From a virus (lineage: Duplodnaviria; Caudoviricetes), in IMG/VR virus record IMGVR_UViG_2923519811_000002, positions 32,001 through 96,000 of that record: a stretch of 64,000 bases of DNA; one strand, 5' to 3'. The position numbers and the translations under genes are program-made. Under the pieces are notes generated by a model, which made no database searches, had not been told where the DNA came from, and saw only the letters and a list, made by a program, of their open reading frames with translations. Shown piece after piece: positions 17,964 through 28,339 of the stretch; within the stretch, counting starts at the first letter, position 1; every line of letters starts with the position of its first letter.

Positions 17964-19876
17964 TCAAGCGCACCCTCTACCACTTCCACTTCTGCTGCGG
18001 CCTGGGCGGCGGCGCCAAAGGGTTCAACCGCGCCAAGCCTGTCGTGGGCAACCTGCAGGCGAACTGGGAATGCCTGGGCGGAATCGACGTCGACCTCGCT
18101 GGACTGCGCGACTTCGAGCGGCTGGCCGGCGTGCCCGGGACGCTGATGGACCTCTTCACCCGCGACCAGTATGTGCGGTTCCACGGGAATGAGCCGCCGC
18201 CCGGCTGGCGCGAAGCGACGCCTGACGACATCCGCCGGGCCGCGCGTGGCCGCCGCCCTGACGCGGTCTTCATCTCCAGCCCCTGCAAGGGCGCCAGCGG
18301 GCTGCTGTCGGAGAAGATGAGCCTGACACCTCGCTACCAGGCGTTGAACGAGCTGACGCTGCGATGCGTCTGGCTGATGGGCGAGGCCTGGGCGGATGAT
18401 CCGGTGCCGCTGATCGTGTTCGAGAACGTCCCGCGCCTGGCCACCCGTGGCCGACACCTGCTGGACCAGATCAACAGCCTGCTGGGCGGGTTCGGCTACG
18501 CCGTGGCCGAGACCACCCACGACTGCGGCGAGTTGGGCGGCCTGGCACAGTCCCGGAAAAGGTTCCTGCTGGTGGCACGCCACGTCGAGAAGGTCCCGCC
18601 CTTCCTCTACGAGCCGCAGAAGAAGAGCCTGCGCGCCGTGGGCGACATCCTCGGCCGCATGCCTCTGGCGGGTGACATCGCCGCGGCCGGGCCGATGCAT
18701 CGCGTTCCGTCGCTCCAGTGGAAGACCTGGGTGCGCCTTGCTCTGGTGCGCGCCGGCAGCGACTGGCGCAGCCTCAACGAGCTGGCGATCGAGGATGGCT
18801 ACCTGCGCGACCTGGTGATTGTGCCGGAGTACCGCAGCGGCTACATGGGCGTGCATGGCTGGGATGACAGCATGGGCACCATTGCCGGCCGCAGCAGCCC
18901 TACCAATGGGGCGTTTTCCGTTGCAGATCCGCGCTACGAGGCGTCGGCCCGCTGGAACTACGGCCAGCAGTACGGCGTTCTGAACTGGCGCGAGACCTCC
19001 GGCACCATCACCGGGCAGAAGTCGCCTGGGCAAGGGAAGTTCGCGGTGGCCGACCCGCGCGGCCAGAGCTTCGGGAAGTACCCGGTCACCGAGTGGAACG
19101 ACCACGCCGGCACCGTCATCGCTGCCAGCACCACTGGGCAAGGCGCCTTTGCTGTCGCAGATCCGCGCCCTACCGGGGTGCGCCACAACAACGTGTTCCG
19201 CGTCGTCAGCATGGACCAGCACGCGGGCACGGTCACCAGCGGACACGGCCCCAGCTCGGGCGGCCAGGCGGTGGCCGATCCCCGGTACCACAACTGGCAC
19301 CCCGGCGCGTCGAGCCGGAAGCTGAACGTGGTGCCGTGGACTGGCACCGCCGGTACCGTCACCGGCTCCCAGCAGGTGGCCAGCGGTGCGCTGTCGATCG
19401 CTGACCCGCGTGCACTGCATCGCAAGGAGGGCGACGCCTGGGTCGGGGGAGGCCATTACGGCGTGGTGGGCTTCGACCAGTCGGCCGGCGCCGTCTCCGC
19501 CAGCGCGCGCTACGACAATGGCCGCTGGAGCGTTGCTGATCCGCGCATGCCGGCGGCGGACGAGCGCCTGACCTGCATCATCCAGTCGCTCGACGGCACC
19601 TGGCACCGCCCCTTCACCACCCTGGAGCTGGCCGCCCTGCAGAGCCTGGTGGACCCCGAGGAGCAACTGGTCCTGGACGGGCTCAGCGACAGCGACTGGC
19701 GCGAGCGCATCGGCAACGCCGTTCCGCCGGCGGCGGCCGAGGCGATCGCCCACGTCATGGGGACCACCCTGCTGCTGGCCGAGCTGGGCGAGACGTTCAT
19801 GCTCAGCAGCATGCCGATCTGGGTGCGGCCGGTGGCCGTCGGTCTGAGCGTCGCCTCGCAGGACTCGACGCTGTGA
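17960..19876 (+). CDS. C5 cytosine DNA methyltransferase with internal ADPR repeats
   Basis: FCCGLGG, SSPCKG, FENV, QSRKR, IGNAVPP. Confidence 0.9.
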   Translation: MIKRTLYHFHFCCGLGGGAKGFNRAKPVVGNLQANWECLGGIDVDLAGLRDFERLAGVPGTLMDLFTRDQYVRFHGNEPPPGWREATPDDIRRAARGRRPDAVFISSPCKGASGLLSEKMSLTPRYQALNELTLRCVWLMGEAWADDPVPLIVFENVPRLATRGRHLLDQINSLLGGFGYAVAETTHDCGELGGLAQSRKRFLLVARHVEKVPPFLYEPQKKSLRAVGDILGRMPLAGDIAAAGPMHRVPSLQWKTWVRLALVRAGSDWRSLNELAIEDGYLRDLVIVPEYRSGYMGVHGWDDSMGTIAGRSSPTNGAFSVADPRYEASARWNYGQQYGVLNWRETSGTITGQKSPGQGKFAVADPRGQSFGKYPVTEWNDHAGTVIAASTTGQGAFAVADPRPTGVRHNNVFRVVSMDQHAGTVTSGHGPSSGGQAVADPRYHNWHPGASSRKLNVVPWTGTAGTVTGSQQVASGALSIADPRALHRKEGDAWVGGGHYGVVGFDQSAGAVSASARYDNGRWSVADPRMPAADERLTCIIQSLDGTWHRPFTTLELAALQSLVDPEEQLVLDGLSDSDWRERIGNAVPPAAAEAIAHVMGTTLLLAELGETFMLSSMPIWVRPVAVGLSVASQDSTL

Positions 19877-20106
19877 GCTGGTACGAGAGAGCCTGGCAGC
19901 ACATGCACCAGGTGCACCAGCAGGCCCTGGCCGAAGGCTTGGATGCCATCGCCAGGGCCAGGGCCATCGACGACAGCTACCCGTGGCAGAAGCGCTCAGG
20001 CTGGCCCTACAAGGCCTGGCTGAGGGCTCGCCGCGATTTCTTCCCCCGCCACCAACTGCCGACGCCCCGGGCAACGCGCCCAGGGCCTGACCTCTTTTCG
20101 GAGTGA
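19873..20106 (+). CDS. Phage hypothetical protein
   Basis: 77 aa with YP...R..WPYKAWL. Confidence 0.7.
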   Translation: MSWYERAWQHMHQVHQQALAEGLDAIARARAIDDSYPWQKRSGWPYKAWLRARRDFFPRHQLPTPRATRPGPDLFSE

Positions 20107-20109
20107 GAA

Positions 20110-20499
20110 ATGAGCCGCACGCCTGACATTCTCGAAATTGCCGGGGTTCAGGCCTCGGCCTGCCCCACCCCCGAATTCCGCTTCTTCATCTACGACCCCT
20201 CGGGCTACGACTTCATCTACTTCCGGAGCCCCGAGGACCGAGCCACCGCAATCCGTACCATCATCGGCAGCTACAGCGCCGATGATGGCTGGGACGATGA
20301 GGTGGAGAACGTCTTTGCCGGAGAGATAACGCATACCTGCGAGAAGACTGCCCTTCAGTTGCGCCCCGACCAGGTAGATGAGGACGGCCTCGACGAAGAG
20401 GGCAACTACTGGGCCGAGAGCTGGGCCTATCGATGCGACTATGACTTGTTCGACCTGCTGCCGCAGCAGGCGAAGGATGGTAGCGAGGTGCAGCCATGA
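20110..20499 (+). CDS. Acidic hypothetical protein
   Basis: 129 aa in operon. Confidence 0.65.
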   Translation: MSRTPDILEIAGVQASACPTPEFRFFIYDPSGYDFIYFRSPEDRATAIRTIIGSYSADDGWDDEVENVFAGEITHTCEKTALQLRPDQVDEDGLDEEGNYWAESWAYRCDYDLFDLLPQQAKDGSEVQP

Positions 20500-20852
20500 A
20501 AATGGCCAAGGCAAGCGAGAGCGACATTGAAGCCGCAGGCGAACTGCTGCAGCTGCTCGACGTAATTGACCGGCGCTGGGGTGGCCCCTGCCCCATTGAC
20601 GCTCCTGACAACCTCTTCGAGTTCCTGGGATACAGCGACTTCGACGCTGATGATCCTGAGCACCTGCAGGTGCTCTACAACCACTTAGCCCGGCTGCTTT
20701 GCCGGGCTCCGAATTTTCACGGACGAATCATCGGCGGCATGTGCTACGTCATCCACAACCCGTGCAACGAGATCATCGATCCGGATCTCGACTACCTGGA
20801 GCTGCACCCAGTGCTCCGGGGGCTACTGAACAACCTTGCCCCAACGCCCTGA
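20496..20852 (+). CDS. Hypothetical protein
   Basis: 118 aa; ATGA overlap, GAGG RBS. Confidence 0.65.
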   Translation: MKMAKASESDIEAAGELLQLLDVIDRRWGGPCPIDAPDNLFEFLGYSDFDADDPEHLQVLYNHLARLLCRAPNFHGRIIGGMCYVIHNPCNEIIDPDLDYLELHPVLRGLLNNLAPTP

Positions 20853-20977
20853 AAGCTCCCGCCTCCTGCAGCAATGTCGGCCACGGCGGGCCGCCCGCTC
20901 CGCGACAACTTCCATCCCATGCCAATCCGCCACACCGGGCAGAACGTCCGGGGCGGACCTATTCCGGAGAACGATGA

Positions 20978-21382
20978 ATGAAAACCGCAACCCTGGACGA
21001 GTACCGCGACCTGATGAAGGCGCAGGGTGTTCCGCGCGAACACACGGCATTCCGCTGCCCGATGTGCAGCACGGTCCAGTCCGCTGCCGATCTGCTTGCA
21101 GCCGGTGCGGGCGACAATCTCGCAGCTGTCGAGCCCTACCTGGCCTTCTCCTGCGTAGGCCGCTTCACCGGCGCCGGCAGCCCCTCGGCGATGAAGGGCC
21201 TGGGCAAGGGCTGCAACTGGACTCTCGGGGGTCTCTTCCAGACGCACCAGTTTGAGGTCGTGACGGACGACGGCCGGCACCACCCCATGTTCGAGCCGGT
21301 CACCGCTGCAGAAGCGCAGGCCCACATGGAAGCGAAGGGGCTGACCGAGGGCGTCGACAGCGAGGGCGGCAGCTGTGACTAA
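20978..21382 (+). CDS. Cys-containing phage protein (VVA0879-like)
   Basis: FRCPMC.TVQS, FSCVGRF, GCNWTLGGLF. Confidence 0.7.
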   Translation: MKTATLDEYRDLMKAQGVPREHTAFRCPMCSTVQSAADLLAAGAGDNLAAVEPYLAFSCVGRFTGAGSPSAMKGLGKGCNWTLGGLFQTHQFEVVTDDGRHHPMFEPVTAAEAQAHMEAKGLTEGVDSEGGSCD

Positions 21383-21587
21383 GTCCGGAATCACATACTA
21401 CCCCCGCCGGGCGCGCTGCCAGAACTGCACGGAATGCCACAACGACTGCAGCGCGCTGCCCTTCAGCACCATGCCGGTCTACCGGCAGGATGGAACCGAT
21501 ACCATCGTGACCTGCACCGAGTTCCGCCAGGCCAACTACTGCGGATCTCTCCGCAGCGACGTACGGCGAGGCGGCCAGCACCAATGA
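21375..21587 (+). CDS. Small Cys-rich protein
   Basis: CxxC...DCSALPF..MP...V.CTEF. Confidence 0.6.
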   Translation: MTKSGITYYPRRARCQNCTECHNDCSALPFSTMPVYRQDGTDTIVTCTEFRQANYCGSLRSDVRRGGQHQ

Positions 21588-21735
21588 ACGCCCCGATCTA
21601 CTGCCGCTCCACCGGCCTGCGGGTTGGCACCTGCACCTGCCTCCGCTGTCGCCCGCCGGCTCCTGCGCCGGCCCAGTAACACCGATCCCCTACCCCCATC
21701 ACCTGACTCTGCGCACTGCGCCGGAGGGAACAACC

Positions 21736-22380
21736 GTGTCCACGCATAACCACCCCGAAGATCAGGACGCCATCGAGAAGCTGCACTCCTCCTACATGGA
21801 CGCCCTCTTCGACGCTGCCAACGATCGCCTTATCGAGTTCCAGGACAAGGCCTACCAGATGGGCCGCGCCCGTGGCCGCCTGGATACCTTCGACTTCGCC
21901 GCCCACCTGCAGCGCCAGCGCGAATTCAGCGAGCGCACTTTCGGCCCCGGCAGCCGCGCCAAAGGCGTGGTCGACCACATCCGCAAGGAACTCAAGGAGA
22001 TCGAGGCCAGCCCGGGCGACCTGTCCGAATGGATCGATGTCGTCATCCTGGCCCTGGACGGCGCCTGGCGCTCCGGTGCCACGCCCGCGCAGATCATCGA
22101 CGCCTTGGTCGCCAAGCAGACGAGGAACGAGGCTCGCACCTGGCCGGACTGGCGCTCTGTACCCCTCGACAAAGCGATCGAGCATGACCGAGCCGAGGAT
22201 CCCATCGACGACGAGACGTACTTCGTTCACCGCAATGCCGGTAGGAAAGTGTTTGCGAAGCACGGCGAAGTCTTCGTCGATCAGGGAGGGCTGACCAGGG
22301 GCTGGGGGAATGGTTGGACCCGCATCAAGGCGACCTCTATCGAACATGCCCTGCAGATCGCTGAGGAGGTGTTGCCGTAA
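21736..22380 (+). CDS. dATP/dGTP pyrophosphohydrolase domain protein (DUF550, MazG-like)
   Basis: SERTFGPG...DHIRKEL.E...EWIDVVILALDGAWR...K..RNE.R.WPDWR. Confidence 0.85.
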   Translation: MSTHNHPEDQDAIEKLHSSYMDALFDAANDRLIEFQDKAYQMGRARGRLDTFDFAAHLQRQREFSERTFGPGSRAKGVVDHIRKELKEIEASPGDLSEWIDVVILALDGAWRSGATPAQIIDALVAKQTRNEARTWPDWRSVPLDKAIEHDRAEDPIDDETYFVHRNAGRKVFAKHGEVFVDQGGLTRGWGNGWTRIKATSIEHALQIAEEVLP

Positions 22381-22715
22381 TGAAGCGCATCTACCTCTCA
22401 GGCCCGATGTCCGGCCTGCCCGACGAGAACCGTCCGGCCTTCAACGCCGAGGCCACTCGCCTGCGCGCCCTGGGCTACCAGGTCGAGAACCCCGCCGAGC
22501 TGAACCCGCCCGGCACGCCCCGCCACATCTGCATGAAGGTGGACATCCAGGCGCTGCTGGGCTGCGACACCATCGCCCTGCTCCCTGGTTGGATCGACTC
22601 CGCCGGCGCAACTCTGGAGCGTGCCTGCGCCGTCCAGTGCGGCATCCGGACAATCGCCGCCAAGACCATCGCCGAGCCCTGCCAAGCGCCGGCCGAAGCC
22701 GCCCTGGAGCAATGA
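22380..22715 (+). CDS. DUF4406 nucleoside 2-deoxyribosyltransferase-like protein
   Basis: IYLSGPMSGLP..N.PAF, NPA, CD.I.LLPGW..S.GA..E. Confidence 0.85.
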   Translation: MKRIYLSGPMSGLPDENRPAFNAEATRLRALGYQVENPAELNPPGTPRHICMKVDIQALLGCDTIALLPGWIDSAGATLERACAVQCGIRTIAAKTIAEPCQAPAEAALEQ

Positions 22716-23755
22716 CCGTGAACAAGGACCAACACCCAAACGCCGACGATGCATTCGAACCCGAGTTCATGACCTGGTGGGAAAAACACGGCCAGTACTG
22801 CCGCTCTGGCGGTGGAGATTACGAGCGGTCGTTTGCGTTCGAGGCCTGGCGCCACCTCTATCCGAAGCTGATGCAGGCCCGCGCCGCGCGCTCCGCCCCG
22901 CATGCTGACGGTATGGCCGATGCTTACGTCGGCGCGCGTGAGGACCTGGCTATCTGGAAGCACCGCGCATTGGAGGCCGAACAGAAGGTGCGCGTGCTGG
23001 ATCAACGTATCGATCAGCTCGTGCTGGAAGCCCAGGGCGAAACCCGCATGGGCGAGCCGCACATAGCCCCGCCTGCTGCTGTGCCGGCCGAGTTGACCAA
23101 CGTCCGTTGCATGTGCGGCGACGAGTACCCGCACGACAGCTACGGCGCTGGGTTCATTGCGGGCTCTGGCATGTGCGAGAACTGCGATGCAGCTATCCCG
23201 GCAAAAGAGCCGCCTGCTGCTGGGGTGCCGGAGGGGTGGCAGCCGATGGAGACCGCACCCAAGGACGGAACGCTGCTGCGCCTGCTGGTCGAGTTCGAAG
23301 ATCACCCCATCGACGATGGAGCTGGGCCGTTCGCCACTGTCGGCACCAACTACCGGGACAACACGGGCGAAGACGCCTGGCAGATCGTGGGATGGTGCTG
23401 GGAACAGGATCGATTCATCGACGGCGTTGGCACGCCTATCGGGTGGCTTCCGATGCTCGCCGCCACCCCCACCCCGCCTGCATCCGAACAGCAGAGGGCT
23501 GTCTTCGCCATCCCAGACATGGATGAGCACCTGCTCCAGATACTGGGCCGTCCCAATTTCCGGTGCGCCCATATCGCGCAGGTTCTGCGGCTCGACGGTG
23601 CGGAGATCAGGAGGAAGGCCGAGGACGAGCAGGCAGTCGTTATTCACTGGATGCTGACCCTATACCTGGCCCATGGAGCCAAATGGTGGGAAGTCGCGAC
23701 CGAGGAGGTCAAACGCATCCAGTCCGAGCATATGGCCAAGGGCGAGGGGGTGTGA
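22712..23755 (+). CDS. Mosaic phage early protein
   Basis: 347 aa with modules such as WQPMETAPKDGT and ILGRPNF.CA.IA. Confidence 0.7.
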   Translation: MTVNKDQHPNADDAFEPEFMTWWEKHGQYCRSGGGDYERSFAFEAWRHLYPKLMQARAARSAPHADGMADAYVGAREDLAIWKHRALEAEQKVRVLDQRIDQLVLEAQGETRMGEPHIAPPAAVPAELTNVRCMCGDEYPHDSYGAGFIAGSGMCENCDAAIPAKEPPAAGVPEGWQPMETAPKDGTLLRLLVEFEDHPIDDGAGPFATVGTNYRDNTGEDAWQIVGWCWEQDRFIDGVGTPIGWLPMLAATPTPPASEQQRAVFAIPDMDEHLLQILGRPNFRCAHIAQVLRLDGAEIRRKAEDEQAVVIHWMLTLYLAHGAKWWEVATEEVKRIQSEHMAKGEGV

Positions 23756-23756
23756 G

Positions 23757-24206
23757 ATGGCCGGACCACCGATTGAACCCCAGGAATACCTCTACGGCCC
23801 GACGGTCGTGCAGATCGAGGATCTTCGCGTCGCCCGAGGTCTGACCAGGCGCCCGCTGTCGTCATGCCGGCATCGCCAGCTGGTCTACGACGACAAAGAG
23901 CGCCGCGTCTGGTGCCAGGACTGCGAGCAGGAAGTGGAAAGCTTCGACGCGTTCCTGTCCGTGGTTGGCGTATTCCAGCGGGCGAAAGCCGAGATTGATC
24001 GCCGCCGACGGGAGCTGGAAGAGGTCGAGAAGTTCAGGATCGTCAGCCGGGCCGCGAAGGCCATGGATGCAGCATGGCGCAAGCGTGACACAGCGCCGCT
24101 CTGCCCTCACTGCATGACGGCAATCCTCCCCGAAGACGTGGCAAAGGGTGTTGCCGAGTGCTCCCGGAGCCTCGCACAGGCGCGCCGCAAGAAGCCCACC
24201 AAGTAA
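23757..24206 (+). CDS. Zn-binding hypothetical protein
   Basis: CRH...CQDC...CPHC. Confidence 0.7.
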   Translation: MAGPPIEPQEYLYGPTVVQIEDLRVARGLTRRPLSSCRHRQLVYDDKERRVWCQDCEQEVESFDAFLSVVGVFQRAKAEIDRRRRELEEVEKFRIVSRAAKAMDAAWRKRDTAPLCPHCMTAILPEDVAKGVAECSRSLAQARRKKPTK

Positions 24207-24256
24207 CCCCCATCCCATAGCAACCCGCCGGCCATGCCGGCGGGATGGAGGCATTC

Positions 24257-24493
24257 ATGTCCGAGGTATCCGAGTTCCTCACGGAGGACGAAATGCGCGC
24301 CATGATCGGCGCAACCTGGCCCAGCCGGCAGATCCAGTGGCTGGAGCGCCACCAGTGGAGGTTCGAAGTGAACGCCGCTGGCCGCCCCATTGTGGGGCGC
24401 GTCTACGCGCGCCTGCGCCTGGCCGGCGTGAAGCCGGACCAGAAGAACATCACGGCAGATCCGTGGGTGCTTGACATGTCAAACGTGAATTGA
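24257..24493 (+). CDS. DUF4224-like excisionase
   Basis: FLT.DE...M.G....RQ..WL...GRP.V; immediately upstream of int. Confidence 0.8.
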   Translation: MSEVSEFLTEDEMRAMIGATWPSRQIQWLERHQWRFEVNAAGRPIVGRVYARLRLAGVKPDQKNITADPWVLDMSNVN

Positions 24494-24494
24494 A

Positions 24495-25562
24495 ATGCGA
24501 CCGAAAGATCCGACGAACCGAGACCTGCCACCACGGATGGTGCGCAGGGTCCGAAAGCTGAAAAGCGGGAAAGTGTGGGTTGGCTACTACTACAACGGGA
24601 GGGACGAGAACGGCAGGCGGAAAGAGATCCCGCTGGGGAGTGATCTGGACGAGGCAAGGGTCGAATGGGCGCGGCTGTCGCGCCAGGCAGCGCCTAAGCC
24701 GAAGCACCTCATGGGGGCCATGTTCGACCGGTACGAGCGGGAAATCATCCCTACCAAGGCGCCCAGGACCCAGAGCGACAACCTGAAAGAGCTGGTGCGC
24801 CTACGCGCCGCTTTCGAGAATGCGCCGATCGACGCGATTACGCCGGCGATTGTCGCCCAGTACCGAGACGGCAGGACGGCCAAAACACGGGCCAACCGCG
24901 AGATCGCCCTGCTCTCCCATGTGTTCACGATTGCCCGGGAATGGGGGCTCACGGATCGTGAAAACCCCTGCTCCAGGGTGCGACGGAACAAGGAAAAGGT
25001 CCGCGACTACTATGCCACCGACCAGGTGTGGGACGCCGTCTACGCCCTCGCGGTGCAGGAGCTGCGCGACGCCATGGACCTCGCCTACTTGACCGGCCAG
25101 CGCCCGGCCGACTCCATCAAGCCAACGAAATTCGACATCACCGACGACTACATGCTGGTGGCCCAGGGGAAAACCGGGAAAAAACTGCGTATCAAGCTGC
25201 GGGACGGCGAGGAGTTGACGGGGCTGGGGCGCTTCTTGGAGGGGCTGATGGCCAGGCGCGAGCAGGCCGGCATCCGTAACAGCACGCTGATCACCAACCC
25301 TGCAGGTCTGCGCTTGAGCTACGCGATGTTGCGGAATCGCTGGGACGAGGCGCGGGCGAAGGCTGCCAAGGCCGCCGAGGAAAAGGGAGACCGGGCGCTT
25401 GCAGCTCGGATCCGGGAATTCCAGTTCCGAGACATCCGGCCGAAGGCGGCAACGGAAATTGAGGACATCGGCGAGGCCAGCAAGCTGCTGGGCCACTCGA
25501 AAGAGGAGACGACAAAGCGCGTATATCGCCGCGTTGGTGAGGTGGTGAAGCCCACCAAGTGA
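24495..25562 (+). CDS. int: Tyrosine integrase
   Basis: LTGQRPAD, FRDIRPK, LLGH, VY catalytic motifs. Confidence 0.95.
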   Translation: MRPKDPTNRDLPPRMVRRVRKLKSGKVWVGYYYNGRDENGRRKEIPLGSDLDEARVEWARLSRQAAPKPKHLMGAMFDRYEREIIPTKAPRTQSDNLKELVRLRAAFENAPIDAITPAIVAQYRDGRTAKTRANREIALLSHVFTIAREWGLTDRENPCSRVRRNKEKVRDYYATDQVWDAVYALAVQELRDAMDLAYLTGQRPADSIKPTKFDITDDYMLVAQGKTGKKLRIKLRDGEELTGLGRFLEGLMARREQAGIRNSTLITNPAGLRLSYAMLRNRWDEARAKAAKAAEEKGDRALAARIREFQFRDIRPKAATEIEDIGEASKLLGHSKEETTKRVYRRVGEVVKPTK

Positions 25563-25568
25563 CGCTTG

Positions 25569-25600
25569 GTTGCGGAAATGATCCGTTGTAGTTGCGGAAA
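25569..25600. repeat. Putative integrase arm-type sites
   Basis: GTTGCGGAAA twice between int and the tRNA. Confidence 0.6.
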
Positions 25601-25622
25601 CTATTACGCGCGCCCGGAAATG

Positions 25623-25656
25623 AAAAAGCCCCGTAGACGTGAATCTACGGGGCTTC
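25623..25656 (-). terminator. Hairpin terminator downstream of tRNA-Cys
   Basis: AAGCCCCGTAGA...TCTACGGGGCTT with A tract. Confidence 0.7.
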
Positions 25657-25661
25657 TCATA

Positions 25662-25735
25662 TGGAGGCCGAAGTCGGAATCGAACCGGCGTACACGGATT
25701 TGCAATCCGCTGCATGACCACTCTGCCATCCGGCC
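25662..25735 (-). tRNA. tRNA-Cys(GCA)
   Basis: Reverse complement GGCCGGATGGCAGAGTGG...TTGCAAA...TTCGATTCC...TCCA, 74 nt. Confidence 0.97.
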
Positions 25736-25740
25736 TTAAA

Positions 25741-25770
25741 TGAAGACGCCGCTTTGAGGCGGCGTCTTCA
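25741..25770. repeat. Inverted repeat between the tRNAs
   Basis: TGAAGACGCCGC...GCGGCGTCTTCA. Confidence 0.75.
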
Positions 25771-25778
25771 TGACAATC

Positions 25779-25854
<76 letters not shown>

Positions 25855-25922
25855 TTTGTCTTGGTGACGGGCGCCATTCTATAGGATCATTAGCAGCCGT
25901 CAACCCCTTGATTCAAAAAAGT

Positions 25923-26483
25923 TTATTTATCTTTCGGCTCGGTGCTCAGGTGCGGCCAGGCGGCCAACAGGTAATGCAGCATCGACCACAGCGTCAGCGC
26001 GGCGGCGATGATCAACAGCAGGAAGCCGAGCACCACCCAGAAGCTCACCACCGGCGGATTGGCCAGCAGGATGACCAGCGCCAGCATCTGCGCCGCCGTC
26101 TTCCACTTGCCGAGATTGGAGACTGCGACCTGGGCACGCGCGCCCAGCTCCGCCATCCATTCCCGCAGTGCCGAGACCACGATCTCGCGACCGATAATGA
26201 TGGCCGCCGGCAAGGTCAGCCACAGCGTATGGTGCTCCTCGACCAGCAGCACCAGCGCCACCGCCACCATCAGCTTGTCCGCCACCGGGTCGAGGAAGGC
26301 CCCGAACGGGGTGCTCTGCTCCCAGCGACGCGCCAGGTAGCCATCGAACCAGTCGGTGACCGCCGCGATGGCGAACACCGCGCTTGCGGCCATGTGGCTC
26401 CCCGAAAACGGAAGATAGAACAGCAGGATGAAGACGGGGATCAGCAGAACACGCAGAACGGTGAGCAGGTTTGGAATATTCAT
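25923..26483 (-). CDS. pgsA: CDP-diacylglycerol--glycerol-3-phosphate 3-phosphatidyltransferase
   Basis: [27 protein letters not shown]; conserved synteny. Confidence 0.97.
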   Translation of the reverse strand: MNIPNLLTVLRVLLIPVFILLFYLPFSGSHMAASAVFAIAAVTDWFDGYLARRWEQSTPFGAFLDPVADKLMVAVALVLLVEEHHTLWLTLPAAIIIGREIVVSALREWMAELGARAQVAVSNLGKWKTAAQMLALVILLANPPVVSFWVVLGFLLLIIAAALTLWSMLHYLLAAWPHLSTEPKDK

Positions 26484-26515
26484 CGTCACAGCAAGACCGA
26501 AAAAGAGGGGGCATT

Positions 26516-28339
26516 CTACTCGCTGTGCAGGGCCGCATAAATCGACTCGGCGAGCTTTTTGCTGATGCCAGGTGCCTTGGCGATCTCCTCGATACTGGCG
26601 CGACTCAATTCCTGCAACCCACCGAAATGCTTGAGCAGCTCGCGCCGACGCTTCGGCCCTACTCCCGCCACCTCTTCCAGGCTGGAGGTCCGACGGGCCT
26701 TGCCGCGTCGTGCACGGTGGCCGGTGATGGCAAAGCGGTGTGCCTCGTCGCGAATCTGCTGGATCAGGTGCAGCGCAGGCGCGTCGGCCGGCAGGGTGAA
26801 CTCGTTCTCCGGGCCATTGAGGTAAAGCGTCTCGAAGCCCGGCTTGCGGGTCACGCCCTTGGCCACGCCGAGCAGGATGAGTTCCGGCACTGCCAGCTCC
26901 TGCAGCACCTCCCGCGCCATGGCCAGCTGGCCTTTACCGCCGTCCACCAGCAGCACGTCCGGCAGCTTGCCCTCTCCATCCTTCAACTTGCTGAAGCGTC
27001 GGGTCAGCGCCTGGTGCATCGCCGCATAGTCGTCGCCGGCGGTCACGCCCTCGATGTTGTAGCGGCGGTAGTCGGACTTGAGCGCCCCTTCCGGGCCAAA
27101 CACCACGCAGGACGCCACGGTCGCCTCACCGCTGGAATGGCTGATGTCGTAGCACTCCAGCCGCTGCGGCGGCTCGGCCAGGCCGAGCACCTCGCCGAGC
27201 GCTTCGAACTTGTCCGCCATGTGCTGGCGGTTGGCCAAGCGCGCAGCAAGGGCCTGCTCGGCGTTGGTGACCGCCAGTTGCTGCCAGCGAGCGCGGTTGG
27301 TCCGCACCCGGTGGCTGATGCTGAGTTCACGCCCACGCGACTCGGCGATGGCTTCGATCAGCGTCGGGAAATCCTCGTGGACGGTATTGACGATCAGCTC
27401 CTGCGGCAGATCGCGCTCATGGCTGCCCAGGTAGTACTGCGCAATGAAGGCCACCAGCACGTCGCCCACCTCTTCCTCGATCGCCACCTGGGGGAAGAAG
27501 TTCTTGCTGCCCAGCACGCGCCCACCCCGGACGCTGATGAGGTGCACACAGGCGCCGCCCGGGTTGACGATGGCGGCAACCACATCGACGTCGCCAGTGC
27601 CCCCCTCGATGCTCTGCTGGTCCTGCACGCGCCGCAGCATCGACACCTGGTCGCGCAACTCGGCAGCCCGCTCGAACTCCAGGTTCATCGCCGCCTGCTC
27701 CATGCTGTTGGTCAGCTCGGCTGCCAGGGCATTGCTCCGCCCTTCCAGGAACATCACGGAGTGGCGCACGTCCTCGGCGTACTCGTTCGCCTCCACCAGG
27801 CCGACACACGGTCCTTTGCAGCGCTTGATCTGGTATTGCAGGCATGGCCGGGTGCGGTTGCGGAAGTAGCTGTCCTCGCACTGGCGCACGAGAAACGCCT
27901 TCTGCAGCAGGTTCAGGCTTTCACGGATGGCCCCCGCACTGGGGTAAGGCCCGAAGTAGCGCCCCTTCTGCTTCTTCGCCCCGCGATGGATGCTCAGCCG
28001 CGGGAACTCGCCATCGGAGAGGTGCACATAGGGATAGGACTTATCGTCCCGCAGCAGGATGTTGTAAGGCGGCCGCCATTCCTTGATGAGCGTCTGCTCA
28101 AGCAGCAGCGCTTCCGTCTCGTTGGCGGTGATGGTGGTCTCGACCTGCGCGATGCGGGCCACCAGGGCAGCCGTCTTGGGCGCCAGACCGGTCTTGCGGA
28201 AGTAGCTGGCGAGGCGCTTCTTGAGGTTCTTGGCCTTGCCGACATAAAGCAGCTTGCCGCCCTCGTCGAACATCCGGTAAACGCCCGGACGCCCACTGCA
28301 GGCGGCAAGAAAATCACTTGCATCGAATGTGGGTTGCAT
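26516..28339 (-). CDS. uvrC: Excinuclease ABC subunit C
   Basis: GIY-YIG ([12 protein letters not shown]), [14 protein letters not shown], HhH. Confidence 0.98.
   Translation of the reverse strand: MQPTFDASDFLAACSGRPGVYRMFDEGGKLLYVGKAKNLKKRLASYFRKTGLAPKTAALVARIAQVETTITANETEALLLEQTLIKEWRPPYNILLRDDKSYPYVHLSDGEFPRLSIHRGAKKQKGRYFGPYPSAGAIRESLNLLQKAFLVRQCEDSYFRNRTRPCLQYQIKRCKGPCVGLVEANEYAEDVRHSVMFLEGRSNALAAELTNSMEQAAMNLEFERAAELRDQVSMLRRVQDQQSIEGGTGDVDVVAAIVNPGGACVHLISVRGGRVLGSKNFFPQVAIEEEVGDVLVAFIAQYYLGSHERDLPQELIVNTVHEDFPTLIEAIAESRGRELSISHRVRTNRARWQQLAVTNAEQALAARLANRQHMADKFEALGEVLGLAEPPQRLECYDISHSSGEATVASCVVFGPEGALKSDYRRYNIEGVTAGDDYAAMHQALTRRFSKLKDGEGKLPDVLLVDGGKGQLAMAREVLQELAVPELILLGVAKGVTRKPGFETLYLNGPENEFTLPADAPALHLIQQIRDEAHRFAITGHRARRGKARRTSSLEEVAGVGPKRRRELLKHFGGLQELSRASIEEIAKAPGISKKLAESIYAALHSE

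Larger units (their letters stand above)
1..25661. mobile_element. Lambdoid temperate prophage (partial; head/tail genes and other att lie left of the window), integrated at the tRNA-Cys 3' end
   Basis: Lysis, nin, replication, cro/cI, recombination, xis and int genes in lambdoid order, ending next to the tRNA-Cys CCA end. Confidence 0.92.

Noticed and set aside
15414-19876. Complete restriction-modification, DISARM or BREX system
   Set aside because: Genes sit in a phage early operon without nuclease or accessory genes
11577-20074. Long antisense ORFs (11577..13574, 15990..17702, 17879..20074; likewise 26471..28429, 54871..57552)
   Set aside because: Shadow frames of GC-rich genes with no recognisable motifs
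21736-22380. Z-genome (2-aminoadenine) pathway
   Set aside because: No purZ or dedicated polymerase in the window
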